From Planctomycetota bacterium (lineage in GTDB: Bacteria; Planctomycetota; UBA8108; SXIK01), in NCBI GenBank assembly GCA_965223265.1, contig OZ244999.1, forward strand, positions 7,840,001 to 7,904,000: a DNA stretch of 64,000 nt. The letters run 5' to 3'. The notes beneath the pieces were generated by a model. That model was not told where the DNA came from and searched no databases. It worked only from the letters and a program-made list of their open reading frames with translations. Below, one piece after another: positions 42,601 to 54,400 of this stretch. The position numbers were made by a program, and so were the translations under genes. Numbering within the stretch: position 1 is the stretch's first letter; every line of letters begins with the position of its first letter.

Positions 42601-43708
42601 GCCGCTTCGACTCGTCGAAGGCGGCAAGGCGCATTGGGATCGCGTCCGCTCGCGCCTTCAGGGTGGAGCGTATCCGTCGCGCGCCGTCGGCGACAACTTG
42701 GCAGATTTGCACGCGGCGGTCGCTGCGAGCCATCGCGGCAGCGCGGCGCTCGAGGCTCTGGCCCGGACGTACGGCGTCGACTCTGTGACGCACTATATGG
42801 ATGCGCTCAAGGAAAACGCCGCGAAGCACGTGCAGCGCGCCATCGATGGACTCCTGAAAACGTCCTACGAAGCTGTGGAGCACCTCGACGACGGTGCTCG
42901 ACTCAAGGTGCGCATCGAACGACTTCGAGAAAGGACGTGCATCGATTTTTCCGGCACGTCGGCGACGCACGCCGGCAACCTCAACGCGACCCCGGCCATC
43001 GTCCAAAGTGCTGTTCTCTACGTCCTTCGACTGCTCGTGGACGAGCCGCTGCCGCTGAACGACGGACTCTTGCGCGCGGTGGAGATTCGCCTTCCGCAGG
43101 GGACGCTTCTCAGTCCGAGCTTTCCAGCCGACGACGCTGCGGCCCCGGCCGTGGTCGGCGGCAACGTCGAGACCAGCCAACGTTTGGTCGACACACTTCT
43201 GAAGGCGTTCGGCCGCTGGGCGTGCAGTCAAGGGACGATGAACAACGTCCTCTTCGGCGCGGCAAACTTCGGCTACTACGAAACTGTGTGCGGCGGCAGC
43301 GGGGCGGGAGAAGGCTTCCACGGCGCCAGCGCCGTACACACCCACATGACGAACACGCGCATGACGGATGCCGAGGTGATCGAGCATCGCTATCCGGTGC
43401 GCGTCGAGCGCTTCGCGGTGCGGCGTGGCTCGGGGGGCCAAGGTCGCTGGCGTGGTGGCGACGGTGCGCTGCGCGAGCTGGTTTTTCTGGCGCCGATGGC
43501 ACTGTCGATTCTGAGTCAGCACCGCACGCAAGGCCCGTACGGCATGGCCGGCGGCGAGGCGGGCACGCCAGGCCGGCAGCGACTCGTCCGTGCGGATGGC
43601 AGCGTCGAGAAACTGACGTCCGTCGACGGACGCGAGGTTTTCCCGGGCGACCGGCTGATCCTCGAGACGCCGGGGGGCGGTGGTTATGGGAGCAGGGAAA
43701 CCGAGTAA
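39653..43708 (+). CDS. 5-oxoprolinase (ATP-hydrolysing), fused hydantoinase A/B
   Basis: [58 protein letters not shown] and HTHMTNTR motifs. Confidence 0.93.
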   Translation: MALNPPTLHRIWHAAIDTGGTFTDCIAIDPHGRLHRVKVLSSSAVRGVIERHLASTALQIHPDAIFATASSAREQRSDGVVGLGFQALGLEHPPVTVESFDAASGRLTLSDAIAELPAGATFELVSPEEAPLLALRLATGTALDRELPPCALRVATTRGTNTLLERRGAKVALFVTRGFADLLEIGTQQRPDLFALDIEKRRSLAATVIEVDERVAADGEVIETLAADQLTPRLSDLVAGGYDSAAIAFLNSYRAPEHELQLARMLESAGFRHVSASARLAPSIKILPRAETSVVNAYLGEVVSTYLNGIGKAVDRDRLHVMTSAGGLVKASEYEPKDSLLSGPAGGVAGAASVGSVSGFDRVISFDMGGTSTDVARYDGEFEYVFEHRVGDAHLMAPALAIESVAAGGGSICRCEHGRLHVGPESARADPGPACYGRGGPLTITDVNLLSGRLDPARFRIPVDVGAAKHALAGVRETLARQTGESPTDETLLDGFLDIANERMADAIRAVSLGRGYDPADYALVAFGGAGGQHACAIASRLAITHIVVPADAGLLSASGILSAAIERFAERTVLEALDQVDERLATLLRELESEAFRAIAAEGSDARKARVRRRIAHLRFLGQDEALAVELGAEVAPPREKQAEAEAEGEADAKSDTDAGSSPEQGSRGDSERSSHRVEGGRSSSGAGLRAEFLRAYKQRFGHLPEQLEIELVSLRVVVATDASAQVSAAPPRESNANAPTESPKPQARVRARCDRSWQGIGVFERQPLAPGTVLRGPCLVVDDFSTTLIEAAWSARVDAHGSLLLTRPTDCAQQALGATTFESTSEAVLLELFTNRFAAIAEEMGEMLRRTSLSTNVKERLDYSCAVLDADGELVVNAPHIPVHLGALGLCVRTLRDHLEMRPGDIVVTNHPAYGGSHLPDITVVAPVYAPSSQAGSPEREDHVLVGYVASRAHHAEIGGIRPGSMPPDATRLQEEGVVIPPLRLVEGGKAHWDRVRSRLQGGAYPSRAVGDNLADLHAAVAASHRGSAALEALARTYGVDSVTHYMDALKENAAKHVQRAIDGLLKTSYEAVEHLDDGARLKVRIERLRERTCIDFSGTSATHAGNLNATPAIVQSAVLYVLRLLVDEPLPLNDGLLRAVEIRLPQGTLLSPSFPADDAAAPAVVGGNVETSQRLVDTLLKAFGRWACSQGTMNNVLFGAANFGYYETVCGGSGAGEGFHGASAVHTHMTNTRMTDAEVIEHRYPVRVERFAVRRGSGGQGRWRGGDGALRELVFLAPMALSILSQHRTQGPYGMAGGEAGTPGRQRLVRADGSVEKLTSVDGREVFPGDRLILETPGGGGYGSRETE

Positions 43709-43712
43709 ACCC

Positions 43713-44459
43713 TCAAGTCGATGTCACAGAATGGCCGCCGAATTCGCCGCGCCGCCGTGTCCGACGCCGTGCCCATGGCCAGGTCATGAGCGCCCACACG
43801 ATCGTCACGATCGCGATTTCCGACAGTAGGTAGAACGGCCACTCCCCGAGGCGGTCGAGCAGGGTCCCAGGCGGCTTGGCACTAACGTACAAGTAGTTGG
43901 TCTTGAAGCAGGCGTTGAACCCCAGCATGATCACGCCCCAGCCGAACGTAACTGCGAGTGCTAGCCCGTAGTGCGACCAGCGCGGTCGATGGCCGAGCCC
44001 CCAGGTGAGATAGATCGTCGCGAGAACTACAAGCACGTGCGAAAACCAAAACATGAGGAACTGCACGTGCGGAAAGTCGAAGTCAAGAACCGGCGTCACC
44101 AGCGCCTGGGACGTGAGCGTCAGGCCCCAGTAGTAAAGAAGACCGCAGGCCCACGGACGCTGCGTCCACAGGGCATAGACAGCAAGCATCCAGGCCAGGT
44201 CGCAGAGTTGAAACGGCAGCGAACTCCCGACGTCCCAATGCTGGGGCAGCATGGAATAGACCTGGAGCGCCAGCTGCACGACGAGCAGCAGCGCGCCAAC
44301 GCTCGCACAGGTACGCCGGGCGCTCGACCCCTGGCGCTGGCGACGTCCGATGAGCACAGCGGCAACTGCGAGCAAGGCAAAGATCGCGAGCACCCAAGTG
44401 TGGCTCGGTCCGTAACGCTGAAACGGAGTTTCGCGCAGAAAGAAAGCGGCTCTTTCCAT
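43713..44459 (-). CDS. TIGR02206/YwaF-like integral membrane protein
   Basis: LPFQLCD, QALVTP, FWFSH, NYLY..KP and LGEWPFY motifs. Confidence 0.85.
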   Translation of the reverse strand: MERAAFFLRETPFQRYGPSHTWVLAIFALLAVAAVLIGRRQRQGSSARRTCASVGALLLVVQLALQVYSMLPQHWDVGSSLPFQLCDLAWMLAVYALWTQRPWACGLLYYWGLTLTSQALVTPVLDFDFPHVQFLMFWFSHVLVVLATIYLTWGLGHRPRWSHYGLALAVTFGWGVIMLGFNACFKTNYLYVSAKPPGTLLDRLGEWPFYLLSEIAIVTIVWALMTWPWARRRTRRRGEFGGHSVTST

Positions 44460-44486
44460 GGCAACAACGTGCGCTTCTTCGCTAGC

Positions 44487-44653
44487 CTAGCAGCCTGTTG
44501 AAAAAGTGCTTCGAGTCGAAAACTGGTCTCGTCGCGTCCAGATCGGGCGTGGCAAGCGCAGGTAATCTCCGAGATTTTCGAGTATTGACGCGGTCGAGCT
44601 GGGCGTGAAGAGGCCAGTTTCTCGGCCGAATGACTCTTTCAACGGGCTGCTAG
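44487..44653. mobile_element. MITE (non-autonomous IS derivative), 159 bp plus CTAG duplications
   Basis: Left end CAGCCTGTTGAAAAAG (44491) versus reverse complement of the right end CAGCCCGTTGAAAGAG (44649), 14/16 match. CTAG on both sides, internal inverted repeat, no transposase. Confidence 0.85.
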
Positions 44654-45005
44654 GCCCGGCGACGATCTCACCCTCCTGGGTCGCGGCTGCTTCGGTTCGG
44701 CGCGTTGCGCTGCTCGAGAACTCTCTCACCGCTGATCAAAAGCCGCAGCACACTCGAGTCGCGATCAAGCCACAACCCGGCTGCGAGCGCAACGAAAACG
44801 GGCTCGAGACGCGGAGGCGTGCGTCCAGACACGCGGGTCCCCCACATGCGCCGTCCGTCGTCGGCGCACGCTTCCAACCTTTGGAAGGCGCCAGGCGGCT
44901 AGCTCTCTTTCTCTCCCCACGAGCCAATGGCGGAACGACCTTTCGGTTGCCTTCCCGGCCGCACGCGCCCTTTCACGATCGGCCTCGGCGTCGAGTTCGG
45001 TTAAG

Positions 45006-47648
45006 ATGCCGACGGTGAGAATCATGTTTTCAACCCGACCCTTGCTGCTACCGACCGCGCTCCTTGCGCTCCTCGCAGGCGCGGTCTCTGCGAGCCCATC
45101 CGACGCAGACGTTCGCGTTCAGATCCTCGAAGGCATTGACCGCGAGGAGCCGTGGAAGGCGCTGGACGGTGATACGCCGGACGAATTTCGCATCCCAGCG
45201 TTCGCCCTCACCGGTGTGCCGCGGACGTACTCGGCTCAAGGGCTCATCGTCGACCGAAGCAATCCGTTTCGTTTGCGAGCCACCGCGCGCCTTGAGCTCC
45301 CAAGCGGCAAACAGAAGCTTCTTCTCCGGTCACTGAACGCGGCGCGGCTCTTCCTCGACGGCGAGCTCATCGCCGAGACGCGCTTTCTGGTCGGCAATGC
45401 CGACGGCCATGAATCGGTCCCCGACATCCCCGACTCGGGGCGCGGAGTTCGCCCGCTGCCAGCGGGCCACACGGAAACTATCGTCGACCTCGAAGTTTCC
45501 CCGGGGTCGCACCTGCTGCGGCTCGAAGCGATCGTCGGCGGCAAACGACTGCGCACCGAAATCGGTGAACTGGTCGTCGCGGTGGCACCGGCCGACGCGG
45601 AAGCGAGTCCCTTTCGCGTCGTCAGTCCGAGCGCTCCGTTTGAACTCAGCGACGCCTCTTGGCACTCCTACCAGCTCAACTTGCGAGCTCTGCTCGACGA
45701 CGAAAACGCCACAGCCAGACGCCGCGCCGGGCGGGCGCAGGAAGAGTCCTGGCGCGAGCGCGCTGCGGCCGCACGTCGATATGTCGATGCCCTGCCGCCA
45801 CTCGACATCCCGCACCTGCCGGCTGGCACACCGGCCCACAACGCGATCGACCGCTTTGTTGGTCAACGTCTCGTCGAGGCCGGCGTCGAGCCGCTACCGC
45901 TCACCGACGACTGGAGCTTCTTGCGCCGTCTCAGTCTCGACGTCAGAGGCACGGTGCCGCAGCTCAGCGAAATCGAGTCGTTCGTGCGGGACGTTGAGAC
46001 CCAGGCCGATCGTCCCGAAGCTCGCGCGCGCTGGATCGATCGCCTGATCGAAGATCCCGCCTGGGCGGATCACTGGGTGAGCTACTGGCAGGACGTCCTG
46101 GCGGAAAACCCAGGCATCTTGAAACCAAAGCTGAACAACACCGGACCCTTTCGCTGGTGGATCCACGACGCCTTCCTTGACAACAAGCCGATCGACCGAT
46201 TCGCCACCGAGCTGATCCTCATGCAAGGAAGCGTCTACGGCGGTGGGCCCGCGGGCTTTGCGATGTCGACGCAGAACGATGTTCCGATGGCGGCAAAGGC
46301 GCACGTTCTCTCAACGGCGTTCCTTGGCATCGACCTCAAGTGTGCTCGCTGCCACGATCCGCCCTACCAGCGCTTCGAGCAAAAGGATCTCTTCGGCATG
46401 GCTGCCATGCTGCACGGCGAAGCCCTCACGGTGCCGGCGACGAGTAGTGTGCCGCGCAGTCCCGAAGAGCTGGAGCGCATGGTCGTATCGGTAACGCTCG
46501 AGCCAGGGTCGGCTGTAGAGCCCACGTGGCCTTTCGGACATCTGACGGTGACGGATCATCTTGAGCGGGCAGTCGACGTACCACGCGAGGAAGCGTCCGA
46601 AGCCGTGTCGCACCGAAGCACCCGGGAGCAACTCGCTGCCCTCATCACGGCACCACAAAACGTCAGATTCGCGCGCGTCATAGCCAACCGCCTCTGGAAG
46701 CGGTTTATGGGCCGCGGTATCGTCGAACCGGCGGATGATTGGGAAAACGCCGCGGCGGTATCCCACCCGCAGCTCCTCGACTACCTGGGCCGCGAGCTGG
46801 TGCGCAGCGGCTACGACCTCAAGCACCTCGCGCGCCTGATTCTGAGCTCTCACACCTATCAGCGGCGAGGCCTTTCGAGCGACGCTCCAGCCGAGGTCGC
46901 GGCGCTCTTCGCCGGCCCGATCGGCCGCCGCATGAGCGCAGAGCAGCTCGTCGATTCGCTCTTCCATGCGGTCGGCAAACAATTCGACTGCGAGGAGCTC
47001 AATCTCGACGTCGACGCGCGCCGCCCGATCGAGAGCTTTCTCAATCTTGGCGTTCCACGGCGCGCCTGGGAATTTGCCAGCCTGTCGAATGAGAGAGATC
47101 GCCCGGCACTGTCGATGCCCGTGGCGCAGAGCATCGTTGACGTCCTCACGACGTTCGGGTGGCGCGACAGTCGCCAGGATCCGCTCACCGTGCGCGAGAA
47201 CATCGTCACGGTGCTGCAGCCGCTCCTGCTCGCCAATGGAATCGTCGCCAACCGGGTTGCGACGTTGTCAGAGGGCAGCGCGTTGACAGTGCTGGCTCTC
47301 GAAGAGCGGAGCGTTGACGAGCTCGTCCGCTGCGTCTTTCTGTCAATCCTGTCGCGGCCGCCGAGCGGCGACGAGGCTGAAGTCTTTGGACGCCTCCTCG
47401 GGCCCGGATTTGACGCGCGCCGCCGTGCACCATCATCGGTGTCGACGACAGCCACCGCCGACAAGCATCACGCCGTCTCCTGGTCGAATCATCTCTCAGC
47501 GGAGGCGACTCGAATCAAGATCGCGCTCGAGGAGCGCGCACGACACGGCGACACCCCAACCCCGCGTCTGGAACCAGAGTGGCGGGAACGCATGGAGGAC
47601 ATGGTGTGGGCACTCCTCAATTCTCCAGAGTTTCTCTTGCTGCCGTAA
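45006..47648 (+). CDS. DUF1549/DUF1553 (PSD1) protein with N-terminal PA14-like region
   Basis: Signal peptide, HNAIDRFV, FLRRLSLDVRG, CARCHD, RLWKRFMGRGIVEP, HPQLLDYL and WALLNSPEF motifs. Confidence 0.9.
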   Translation: MPTVRIMFSTRPLLLPTALLALLAGAVSASPSDADVRVQILEGIDREEPWKALDGDTPDEFRIPAFALTGVPRTYSAQGLIVDRSNPFRLRATARLELPSGKQKLLLRSLNAARLFLDGELIAETRFLVGNADGHESVPDIPDSGRGVRPLPAGHTETIVDLEVSPGSHLLRLEAIVGGKRLRTEIGELVVAVAPADAEASPFRVVSPSAPFELSDASWHSYQLNLRALLDDENATARRRAGRAQEESWRERAAAARRYVDALPPLDIPHLPAGTPAHNAIDRFVGQRLVEAGVEPLPLTDDWSFLRRLSLDVRGTVPQLSEIESFVRDVETQADRPEARARWIDRLIEDPAWADHWVSYWQDVLAENPGILKPKLNNTGPFRWWIHDAFLDNKPIDRFATELILMQGSVYGGGPAGFAMSTQNDVPMAAKAHVLSTAFLGIDLKCARCHDPPYQRFEQKDLFGMAAMLHGEALTVPATSSVPRSPEELERMVVSVTLEPGSAVEPTWPFGHLTVTDHLERAVDVPREEASEAVSHRSTREQLAALITAPQNVRFARVIANRLWKRFMGRGIVEPADDWENAAAVSHPQLLDYLGRELVRSGYDLKHLARLILSSHTYQRRGLSSDAPAEVAALFAGPIGRRMSAEQLVDSLFHAVGKQFDCEELNLDVDARRPIESFLNLGVPRRAWEFASLSNERDRPALSMPVAQSIVDVLTTFGWRDSRQDPLTVRENIVTVLQPLLLANGIVANRVATLSEGSALTVLALEERSVDELVRCVFLSILSRPPSGDEAEVFGRLLGPGFDARRRAPSSVSTTATADKHHAVSWSNHLSAEATRIKIALEERARHGDTPTPRLEPEWRERMEDMVWALLNSPEFLLLP

Positions 47649-47747
47649 GCTTCGAGTACGCTGGTCGGAATGATATGCATGAACACGCACGAACGTTTCG
47701 CAGGGTAGCAAAGTCCACAGCCCTCTGATCGAAGTGGATTCGACGCG

Positions 47748-49160
47748 ATGAAACGGAAAGACTCACCACCGGCCCCACGAGGGATCTCGACGCACGGCGT
47801 CGCTGGCTCGACAAGAGCAACGGCACCACCCGCGAAGAGCTCCGATGCGACCACGTCACGGCGCACGTTTCTCTCGTCGACGACGGCGGCAGCTGTAGCC
47901 GCGGCATCCCTCGCTCAGCCCGCGCAAACACGCGCCGCTCGTGAGCAAGGGGACGCTCGCCATGTACGAGGAACGGCAGAACATTGCATCTTCCTCTGGC
48001 TGGGCGGCGGCGCTGCGCAGGTCGACACCTGGGATCCGAAGCGACGCGGCGATCCGGTCAAGCGCATCGCCGGTTCGCACTACCCATCCGTGCCGACAGC
48101 GATTCGCGATGCACGCGTCTGCGCGCATTTAAGTCGTAGCGCCCCGCTGCTCGATCGCGCCGTGCTCGTGCGCAGCGTCCACCACGACGTCATCGACGAA
48201 CACGCCGCAGCGGTTAACCGCATGCACACCGGTAGGCCGACGAGCGGCACGATCGTCTATCCGTCGATCGGCTCGATCACCGCGCACGAACTCGGCAAGG
48301 CCGCTGAAGGGATTCCGCCCTACGTCGTCATGGGCTATCCCAACCTCACCCGCGGTCCAGGCTTCCTGGGGCCGCGAGCCGGCTATGTCTACTTGACCAG
48401 CACGGACTCCGGCCCGGCCGCGCTCACCCGGCCGCCTTTCGTCACGGCGGCGCGCCAGGAGCGTCGATCGCAGCTTCTCGAACAGCTGACGCGTGGTTAC
48501 GTCGAACGCCAGCGCGATCGGGCGATGGCGCGGGAGTACGTCGAGGTCGCGCGCGAAGCCTTTCGACTCACCGGCCGCGACTTCATGAGCGCCTTCGAGC
48601 TCGCGAAAGAACCCGCATCGCTGCGCGAGTCCTACGGCTCGGAGTTCGGCCAGCGGTGCTTACTCGCGCGTCGTTTGATCGAGCGAGGCGTACGCTTCAT
48701 CGAGGTCGCCCACAACTTGAACTTCATCAACGGCACCGGGTGGGATACTCACAATGAGGGACAGGAGAAGCAGCACATTCTGATCGAGGAGCTCGACAGA
48801 GCTTTTTCCACCCTTCTCGTCGACCTCGAAGCGCATCGCCTGCTCGAAAAGACGTTGATCGTCATTTCGACGGAGTTCGGGCGACCACCGGAGTACGACA
48901 AGCGCGGTGGACGCGGCCACTACTCGAAGGCGTTCAGCGTCGTGCTCGCTGGGGGAGGCCTGCGGACCGGGCGAGTGGTGGGGACAACGGGTGAGCTCGG
49001 AAAGGAAATTCTAGCACAGCCCGTCTCTGTGCCCGATCTCTTCGCGACGATCTTCGCCGCCCTCCGCATCGACCCGAGCAAAGCGCTTTACGCGGGCGAG
49101 CGACCGGTGCCGATCACCGACATGGGAACGCCGGTGGCTGAGCTCTTCGCGCCCGTCTAA
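47748..49160 (+). CDS. DUF1501 protein, Tat-exported
   Basis: SRRTFL, FLWLGGG...DTWDPK, CLLARRLIERGVRFIEV, GWDTH, EFGRPP and GRGH motifs. Confidence 0.92.
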   Translation: MKRKDSPPAPRGISTHGVAGSTRATAPPAKSSDATTSRRTFLSSTTAAAVAAASLAQPAQTRAAREQGDARHVRGTAEHCIFLWLGGGAAQVDTWDPKRRGDPVKRIAGSHYPSVPTAIRDARVCAHLSRSAPLLDRAVLVRSVHHDVIDEHAAAVNRMHTGRPTSGTIVYPSIGSITAHELGKAAEGIPPYVVMGYPNLTRGPGFLGPRAGYVYLTSTDSGPAALTRPPFVTAARQERRSQLLEQLTRGYVERQRDRAMAREYVEVAREAFRLTGRDFMSAFELAKEPASLRESYGSEFGQRCLLARRLIERGVRFIEVAHNLNFINGTGWDTHNEGQEKQHILIEELDRAFSTLLVDLEAHRLLEKTLIVISTEFGRPPEYDKRGGRGHYSKAFSVVLAGGGLRTGRVVGTTGELGKEILAQPVSVPDLFATIFAALRIDPSKALYAGERPVPITDMGTPVAELFAPV

Positions 49161-49213
49161 CGAGGTCACTCTCAGCGCGCACGCACTTCAGCCGTGTCGA
49201 CGCCGCACGCGTT

Positions 49214-51178
49214 TCAGTGCGCCTCAGCGCTCAGCGCCGATTGCAGTCCCTCGACGCCGCCCGCGCCGACCGGCACCGTCACGGTTGAACCCGAAAAGTC
49301 GTCGCCGATCGACTCCTGCCGGCCGCCCAGGTGCTGCGCCAGGAAACCCTCGACAATGGCGAAAAATGAGAGCCGATTCTCCGGTCGCGCGAAGCCGTGA
49401 CCCTCGTCTGGGTAAAGCACGTACGTCACCGGAATCCCCTTCGCTTCCATGGCGGTGACGATCTGGTCAGACTCGGACTGTTTGACACGCGGGTCATTGG
49501 CACCCTGACCGATGAGGAGCGGCCGCTGGATGCGATCGACGTGCGTCAACGGCGAGCGCTCCGCCAGGAACGCACGTCCCTCGTCGGTGCGATGGTCGCC
49601 GACGCGCGTCGTCATCATTTCGATCATCGGTTGCCAGTAGGGCGGAATCGTCTCGAGAAGCGTCATCAGGTTCGACGGCCCGACGATGTCGACGCCGCAC
49701 GCGAAGCGCTCCGGCGTGAACGTCAGCCCGACCAGCGTCGCGTAGCCGCCGTAGCTGCCGCCCATGATGGCGATCTTGTCAGTGTCGGCGATGCCTTCGT
49801 TCACCGCCCAGTCACAGGCGTCGAGCAAATCGTCGTGCATGGCGCCGGCCCACTCGCGGTTGGCGGCGTTGACGAACTCCTTCCCGAATCCCGTTGAGCC
49901 GCGATAGTTGACACTCAGCGCCGCATAGCCGCGGTTGGCGAGCCACTGGTGCGTCGCATCGTAACCCCAGGTGTCGCGCGCCCAGGGTCCACCGTGAACG
50001 AGAAGCACCATTGGCAACGGGCGATCTGGTTTGCCGTTGCCGTCCGGGTCACTCGCGACGGGCAGCGTCAGGTAACTCACCAGCTTCTGACCGTCGCGTG
50101 CCGTCAAAACGCGCGCGTGCTGCTGCGCGAGCGGCAGACCTTCGAGGTCGCTGCGATTCGTGAAGAGAAACGTCGCCTGTCGCTGCTTGCGATCGTAGAG
50201 CGAGTAGCGCACGGGCCCATCGGCCTTGTGGTGGACGACAATCCACAGGCTGTCGTCGAGCGTCCGGCTGACGACTTCGACTTCCCCGTCGGCCAATTTC
50301 TCGAGATAGTTCAGATCGGCCGCGATCGCGTCGTCAATCACCGTCCACTGGACTCGGTCGTAGTTGACCGCGACCGCCTGCACGTGCTTCTCCGTCGGAT
50401 GAACCATGGCGCGAGAAACATCCGCTCGCTCGTCCTCCAGAATCAGCGCCGACTCCGATTCTTCAAGATTACGCAGAAACAACGCACCCGTGTTACGGCC
50501 GCGGCTGTCGAGCAGATAGAGCTGGGTGCCGCTCTTGTCGAAACCGACAATATTGGTGGTGAGCGCGTCTTCCATGGCCACGTCTAGAAACGGCGCCCAG
50601 CCGTCTGCCGTGCGCTCCAAATACTCCTGACCACCGCTCGCATTCATGCGCGAGGCGAAGCGCAGGTTGTAGTCGTCGTCAGTGACGAAACCAGAAAAGC
50701 CGTCGTTTTGCATCACCAACTCGCGCTCGCCGCTGGTGATGTCAATGCGATGCAGATCATGAAACTGCTCGTCACGATCATTGAGCTCGACGAGGATTTC
50801 ACTCGGAAACTGTTCGCTGACGTTTTCGACACGCGCCGCGACCTTTTCAAACGGCGTCAAATCGCGGCGCTCCCCGCTGTCAAGGTCGACACTGTAGATA
50901 TGCCAGTTTTCGTCGCCGTCCGCATCCTGCTGATAAAGGATATGGCGGTTTGTGTAGGCCCAAAAGTACTCGCGGATGCCCCGCTTCTTGTCGTCCGTCA
51001 CCGGCCGCGCGCCAGCGACATCGGACGTCAAGCCAACCCAAACGTTCAGGACGCCGTCCAGCGGCGCGAGGAAGGCCAGATGGCGCCCGTCAGGACTGAG
51101 GCGCGCCGCTGCCTTGTCGGGGTTGCCGAAAAGGATCTGGCGCGGGATGAGCTGAGTTTCTTCGCGCTTTGCGGACAC
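49214..51178 (-). CDS. S9 family peptidase (dipeptidyl aminopeptidase/acylaminoacyl peptidase)
   Basis: HGGPW, GGSYGG, GANDPRV and DEGHGF motifs. GTG at 51178 follows AGGAGG; the frame is open up to 51442. Confidence 0.93.
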   Translation of the reverse strand: MSAKREETQLIPRQILFGNPDKAAARLSPDGRHLAFLAPLDGVLNVWVGLTSDVAGARPVTDDKKRGIREYFWAYTNRHILYQQDADGDENWHIYSVDLDSGERRDLTPFEKVAARVENVSEQFPSEILVELNDRDEQFHDLHRIDITSGERELVMQNDGFSGFVTDDDYNLRFASRMNASGGQEYLERTADGWAPFLDVAMEDALTTNIVGFDKSGTQLYLLDSRGRNTGALFLRNLEESESALILEDERADVSRAMVHPTEKHVQAVAVNYDRVQWTVIDDAIAADLNYLEKLADGEVEVVSRTLDDSLWIVVHHKADGPVRYSLYDRKQRQATFLFTNRSDLEGLPLAQQHARVLTARDGQKLVSYLTLPVASDPDGNGKPDRPLPMVLLVHGGPWARDTWGYDATHQWLANRGYAALSVNYRGSTGFGKEFVNAANREWAGAMHDDLLDACDWAVNEGIADTDKIAIMGGSYGGYATLVGLTFTPERFACGVDIVGPSNLMTLLETIPPYWQPMIEMMTTRVGDHRTDEGRAFLAERSPLTHVDRIQRPLLIGQGANDPRVKQSESDQIVTAMEAKGIPVTYVLYPDEGHGFARPENRLSFFAIVEGFLAQHLGGRQESIGDDFSGSTVTVPVGAGGVEGLQSALSAEAH

Positions 51179-51434
51179 GTTTTTCCCCTCCTGCTGCTCG
51201 TTGGATCTCGCCTTCGTGATGGAGTGCGCACAACCACACGCGGCCGATAACAGGCACGCGGCCGTCGTCGCGACGACTCGATAGCGGGATCTTCGACAAG
51301 GTTGGCGTAGAACCTTGAGCCGCGCCTTGCGGGCTACCGCGACGGCCCCGCGGCCGCGACGCGTCTGGCGTGCGAATCCGCACGCGCCGCGCGACTCCTC
51401 ACCGCACCGCCGGCCAGAGCTCGTACCACGGTGC

Positions 51435-54400
51435 TCAACCACGGGTGATCACTTCGTCAAGGTTCAAGAGCACCCGTGCGATCGCGACCCAGGCTGCCCC
51501 GCGGGCTAAATTCTCCCCCTGAAGCTCTGCGTCCTGCCCCACGAGCGCCTGTGCGGCGCTTGGCGAGTCGCGATACCGACTCACGAGATCGTCGTAAAGA
51601 CGGAGCACTTCCGCCTGCTCCGCTGCCGTCGGCAAACGCGAAACGCAGCGTAGGAAGACCTGCCGACTCCTCGCAGTTGGCGACGCTTCGGCGGCGTCGC
51701 GAGTGAGAAGCAGCCCAAGCGCTTGACTGCACTCGAAAAAGACGGGGTCATTCAGCAGCGTGAGGGCCTGCAGCGGCGTGTTCGAGCTGCGACGACGCAC
51801 GCACGTGACGTTCGAGTCCGGCGCGTCAAAGGTCATCAACATCGGATAAGGTACGGTGCGCTGAAAGAAGATATAGAGGCCACGTCGAAAACGATCCTTG
51901 CCGTTCGATGTCGGCCAGCGCACCGAGTTGGCGTAACCGAGTTCCTTCACGCCTTCGGGTAGCTGCGGCCGCACACTTGGTCCGCCGAGGGCGCGATGCA
52001 AGAGTCCGCTCGACGTCAAGAAGACGTCGCGCACAGCCTCTGCTTCAAGTCGCACTCGATTCTGGCGCGCCAGCAGTTGGTTCTTCGAGTCAACCTCGAG
52101 CAGCTCCGGCCGGAGGTCCGACGCCTGACGGTAAGTGGCTGAGGTGACGATGAGCTTGATCATGCGCTTGAGGCTCCAGCCCTCACGGCGATAGCGCCGC
52201 GCCAACCAGTCCAAGAGCTTTGGATGGGTCGGCTTCTCGCCTCGGACGCCGAAGTCCTCCGGTGTGCCGACAATGCCAGCACCAAAGAGTCGCTGCCAAA
52301 TGCGGTTCGCTGCAACGCGCGCAGTGAGCGGATTCTGCGGATCCATCAGCCAGTCGACGAGGTCGATTCGATTCGGCACCTCACCGCGTGGCGCGAATTC
52401 CTGCAAAACTTCCGGAGTGGCGGGCTCCACCGTGACGCCGCGGTCGAGAAAGTTACCACGAATTAGGACATGGGTGTCGCGCCGCGGCTCGTGCTCCGCA
52501 ATCGTCTGCGCCTGCGTTGAGGGAGGCGGTGGAGCGGCGCGCTGCGACAGCTCGATCTGTCGGCGCAGCCGCACGAGCTCCGAATCGACACGCTGGTAGT
52601 AGTCGGCGATCCTTCTGACCTCTTCATCACTTCGCGCCGCAGCGGCCTTCGTCACGATCGACGCGACCTCAGGCGGTGGCGTTCGCCGCGCCGGCGACGC
52701 GGTGCTGAACCGCAGGCGAAAACGTCGGATCGTTCGCGACTCGCCAGCCTCCTGCTCGAGTCGCACTCGCAGCCGCGTGCCGCCTTCGAAGCCTACAGGC
52801 TCGCGGCTTTCGAACGAGATGAAGTGCGCCTCGTCGCTGCCCGCCGAAGGCTGCCAGCCGCTGCGACCATCTGCGTCGATCGCCAAACGCGGTGCATGCC
52901 CCTCCCGTTCGCTGCTCGCCGCGGCGGCGAGCAGCTCGACCGGCTGCGGGTCTTTCGATTCGTCCGCCAGTGGCGCCGCCTCGAGCGCGAACCGTGTTAG
53001 GGCGAAGCTTCCGTCCTTGCCTCGCCCTGCGCGAGCCTCGCCCACGCCGCCGGTTGCTCCTTCGGCAACCGCGGCTATGACGCCAGCGACGTCGACGCGC
53101 ACCGATCGGATGCCGGACGCGGGAGTGTCGAATTCGACGGTATAGGTCTCACCGCTCGGGCTCTCACCGCCGGCGACGATGAAACCATCAGCCTCGATCG
53201 AAAGCGTGCTCTCGCGGCGCGCCTTGGCACTCTTCGGCAGAGCAATCTGCCAATCGACGAATTCGCCTGTTCGCTCCCACTCCCGACGCCGTCTTTCGAT
53301 GGCCTCGCCGTCTACCTCCGCTCTTTCGAACGCTTCAACAAGTTCTGCGTGCGCCTTGTCGTGAACGTCTTTCGCCGCCAGGTAGGCCGCCTGCTCAGCC
53401 GGCAGTGGCGCGGAAATGTTCTCTTCCTTCACAGTATTGAAGAACGCGAACAAGCCGTAGTACTCCCGCTGGCTGAGCGGGTCGTACTTGTGCGAATGAC
53501 ACTGGGCACACCCGACCGTGAGGCCGAGCCAAACGCTCCCTGTGGTGTTGACGCGGTCGACCGTCGCCTTGATGCGAAATTCCTCTTGGTCGACGCCGCC
53601 CTCGGTGTTCGTGAGTGTGTTGCGATGAAACCCCGTCGCCACCCTCTGCTCGAGACTCGGTCTCGACAGCAAATCACCGGCGAGCTGCTCGAGCGTGAAC
53701 TGATCGAACGGAAGATCGGCAGCGAACGCATCGATCACCCAGTTGCGGTAGCGCCAGGCGTGCGGTCGCGGGCGGTCCTTCTCGTAGCCATCGCTATCGG
53801 CGTAACGCGCTAAGTCGAGCCAATGTCGACCCCACCGCTCGGCAAAGTGTGGCGACGCAAGCAATCGGTCGACCACGCGCTCGTACGCCCCAGGCTCTTC
53901 GTCCTCGAGATACGCGGTCACTTCTTCAGCTGCTGGAGGCAGACCCGCGAGATCGAGCCAGAGGCGACGCATGAGCGTCTCACGGCTTGCTGCCGCGGAC
54001 GGCGCCATGCCCTCCGCCTCGAGGCGGTGCAGAACGAAGCGGTCAATGGGATTCCGCACCCACGCTACATCTTCGACCGCCGGCGGCGCGGGGTCATCGA
54101 CCGGTTGAAACGCCCAGTGGTCGCTCTCGACTCCATGGTTCTCTGTGCCGCGCGGCCATTCAAACCCAGAATCGATCCAGGCGCGCAGCGCCTCGATTTC
54201 ACGGCGGGTCAAAGGATCCCCCTCAGGCGGCATCCGCTCTTCAGGGCTCTCGGACGTCACCCGTCGAAGGACGTCGCTTTCGGCGCTCTTGCCGGCAACG
54301 ATGACGACGCCGCTATCGCCGCCTTCGAGCGCCCGATTGCGACTGTCCAGACGCAGACCGCCCTCTTGCTTTTGCGCGCCGTGACAAGAAAAACAGCGCG

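Noticed and set aside
42250-43833. 527-aa alternative-frame ORF inside the oxoprolinase gene, and many other long overlapping or antisense ORFs
   Set aside because: Arg/Ala/Pro-rich shadow frames expected in high-GC coding DNA; no motifs.
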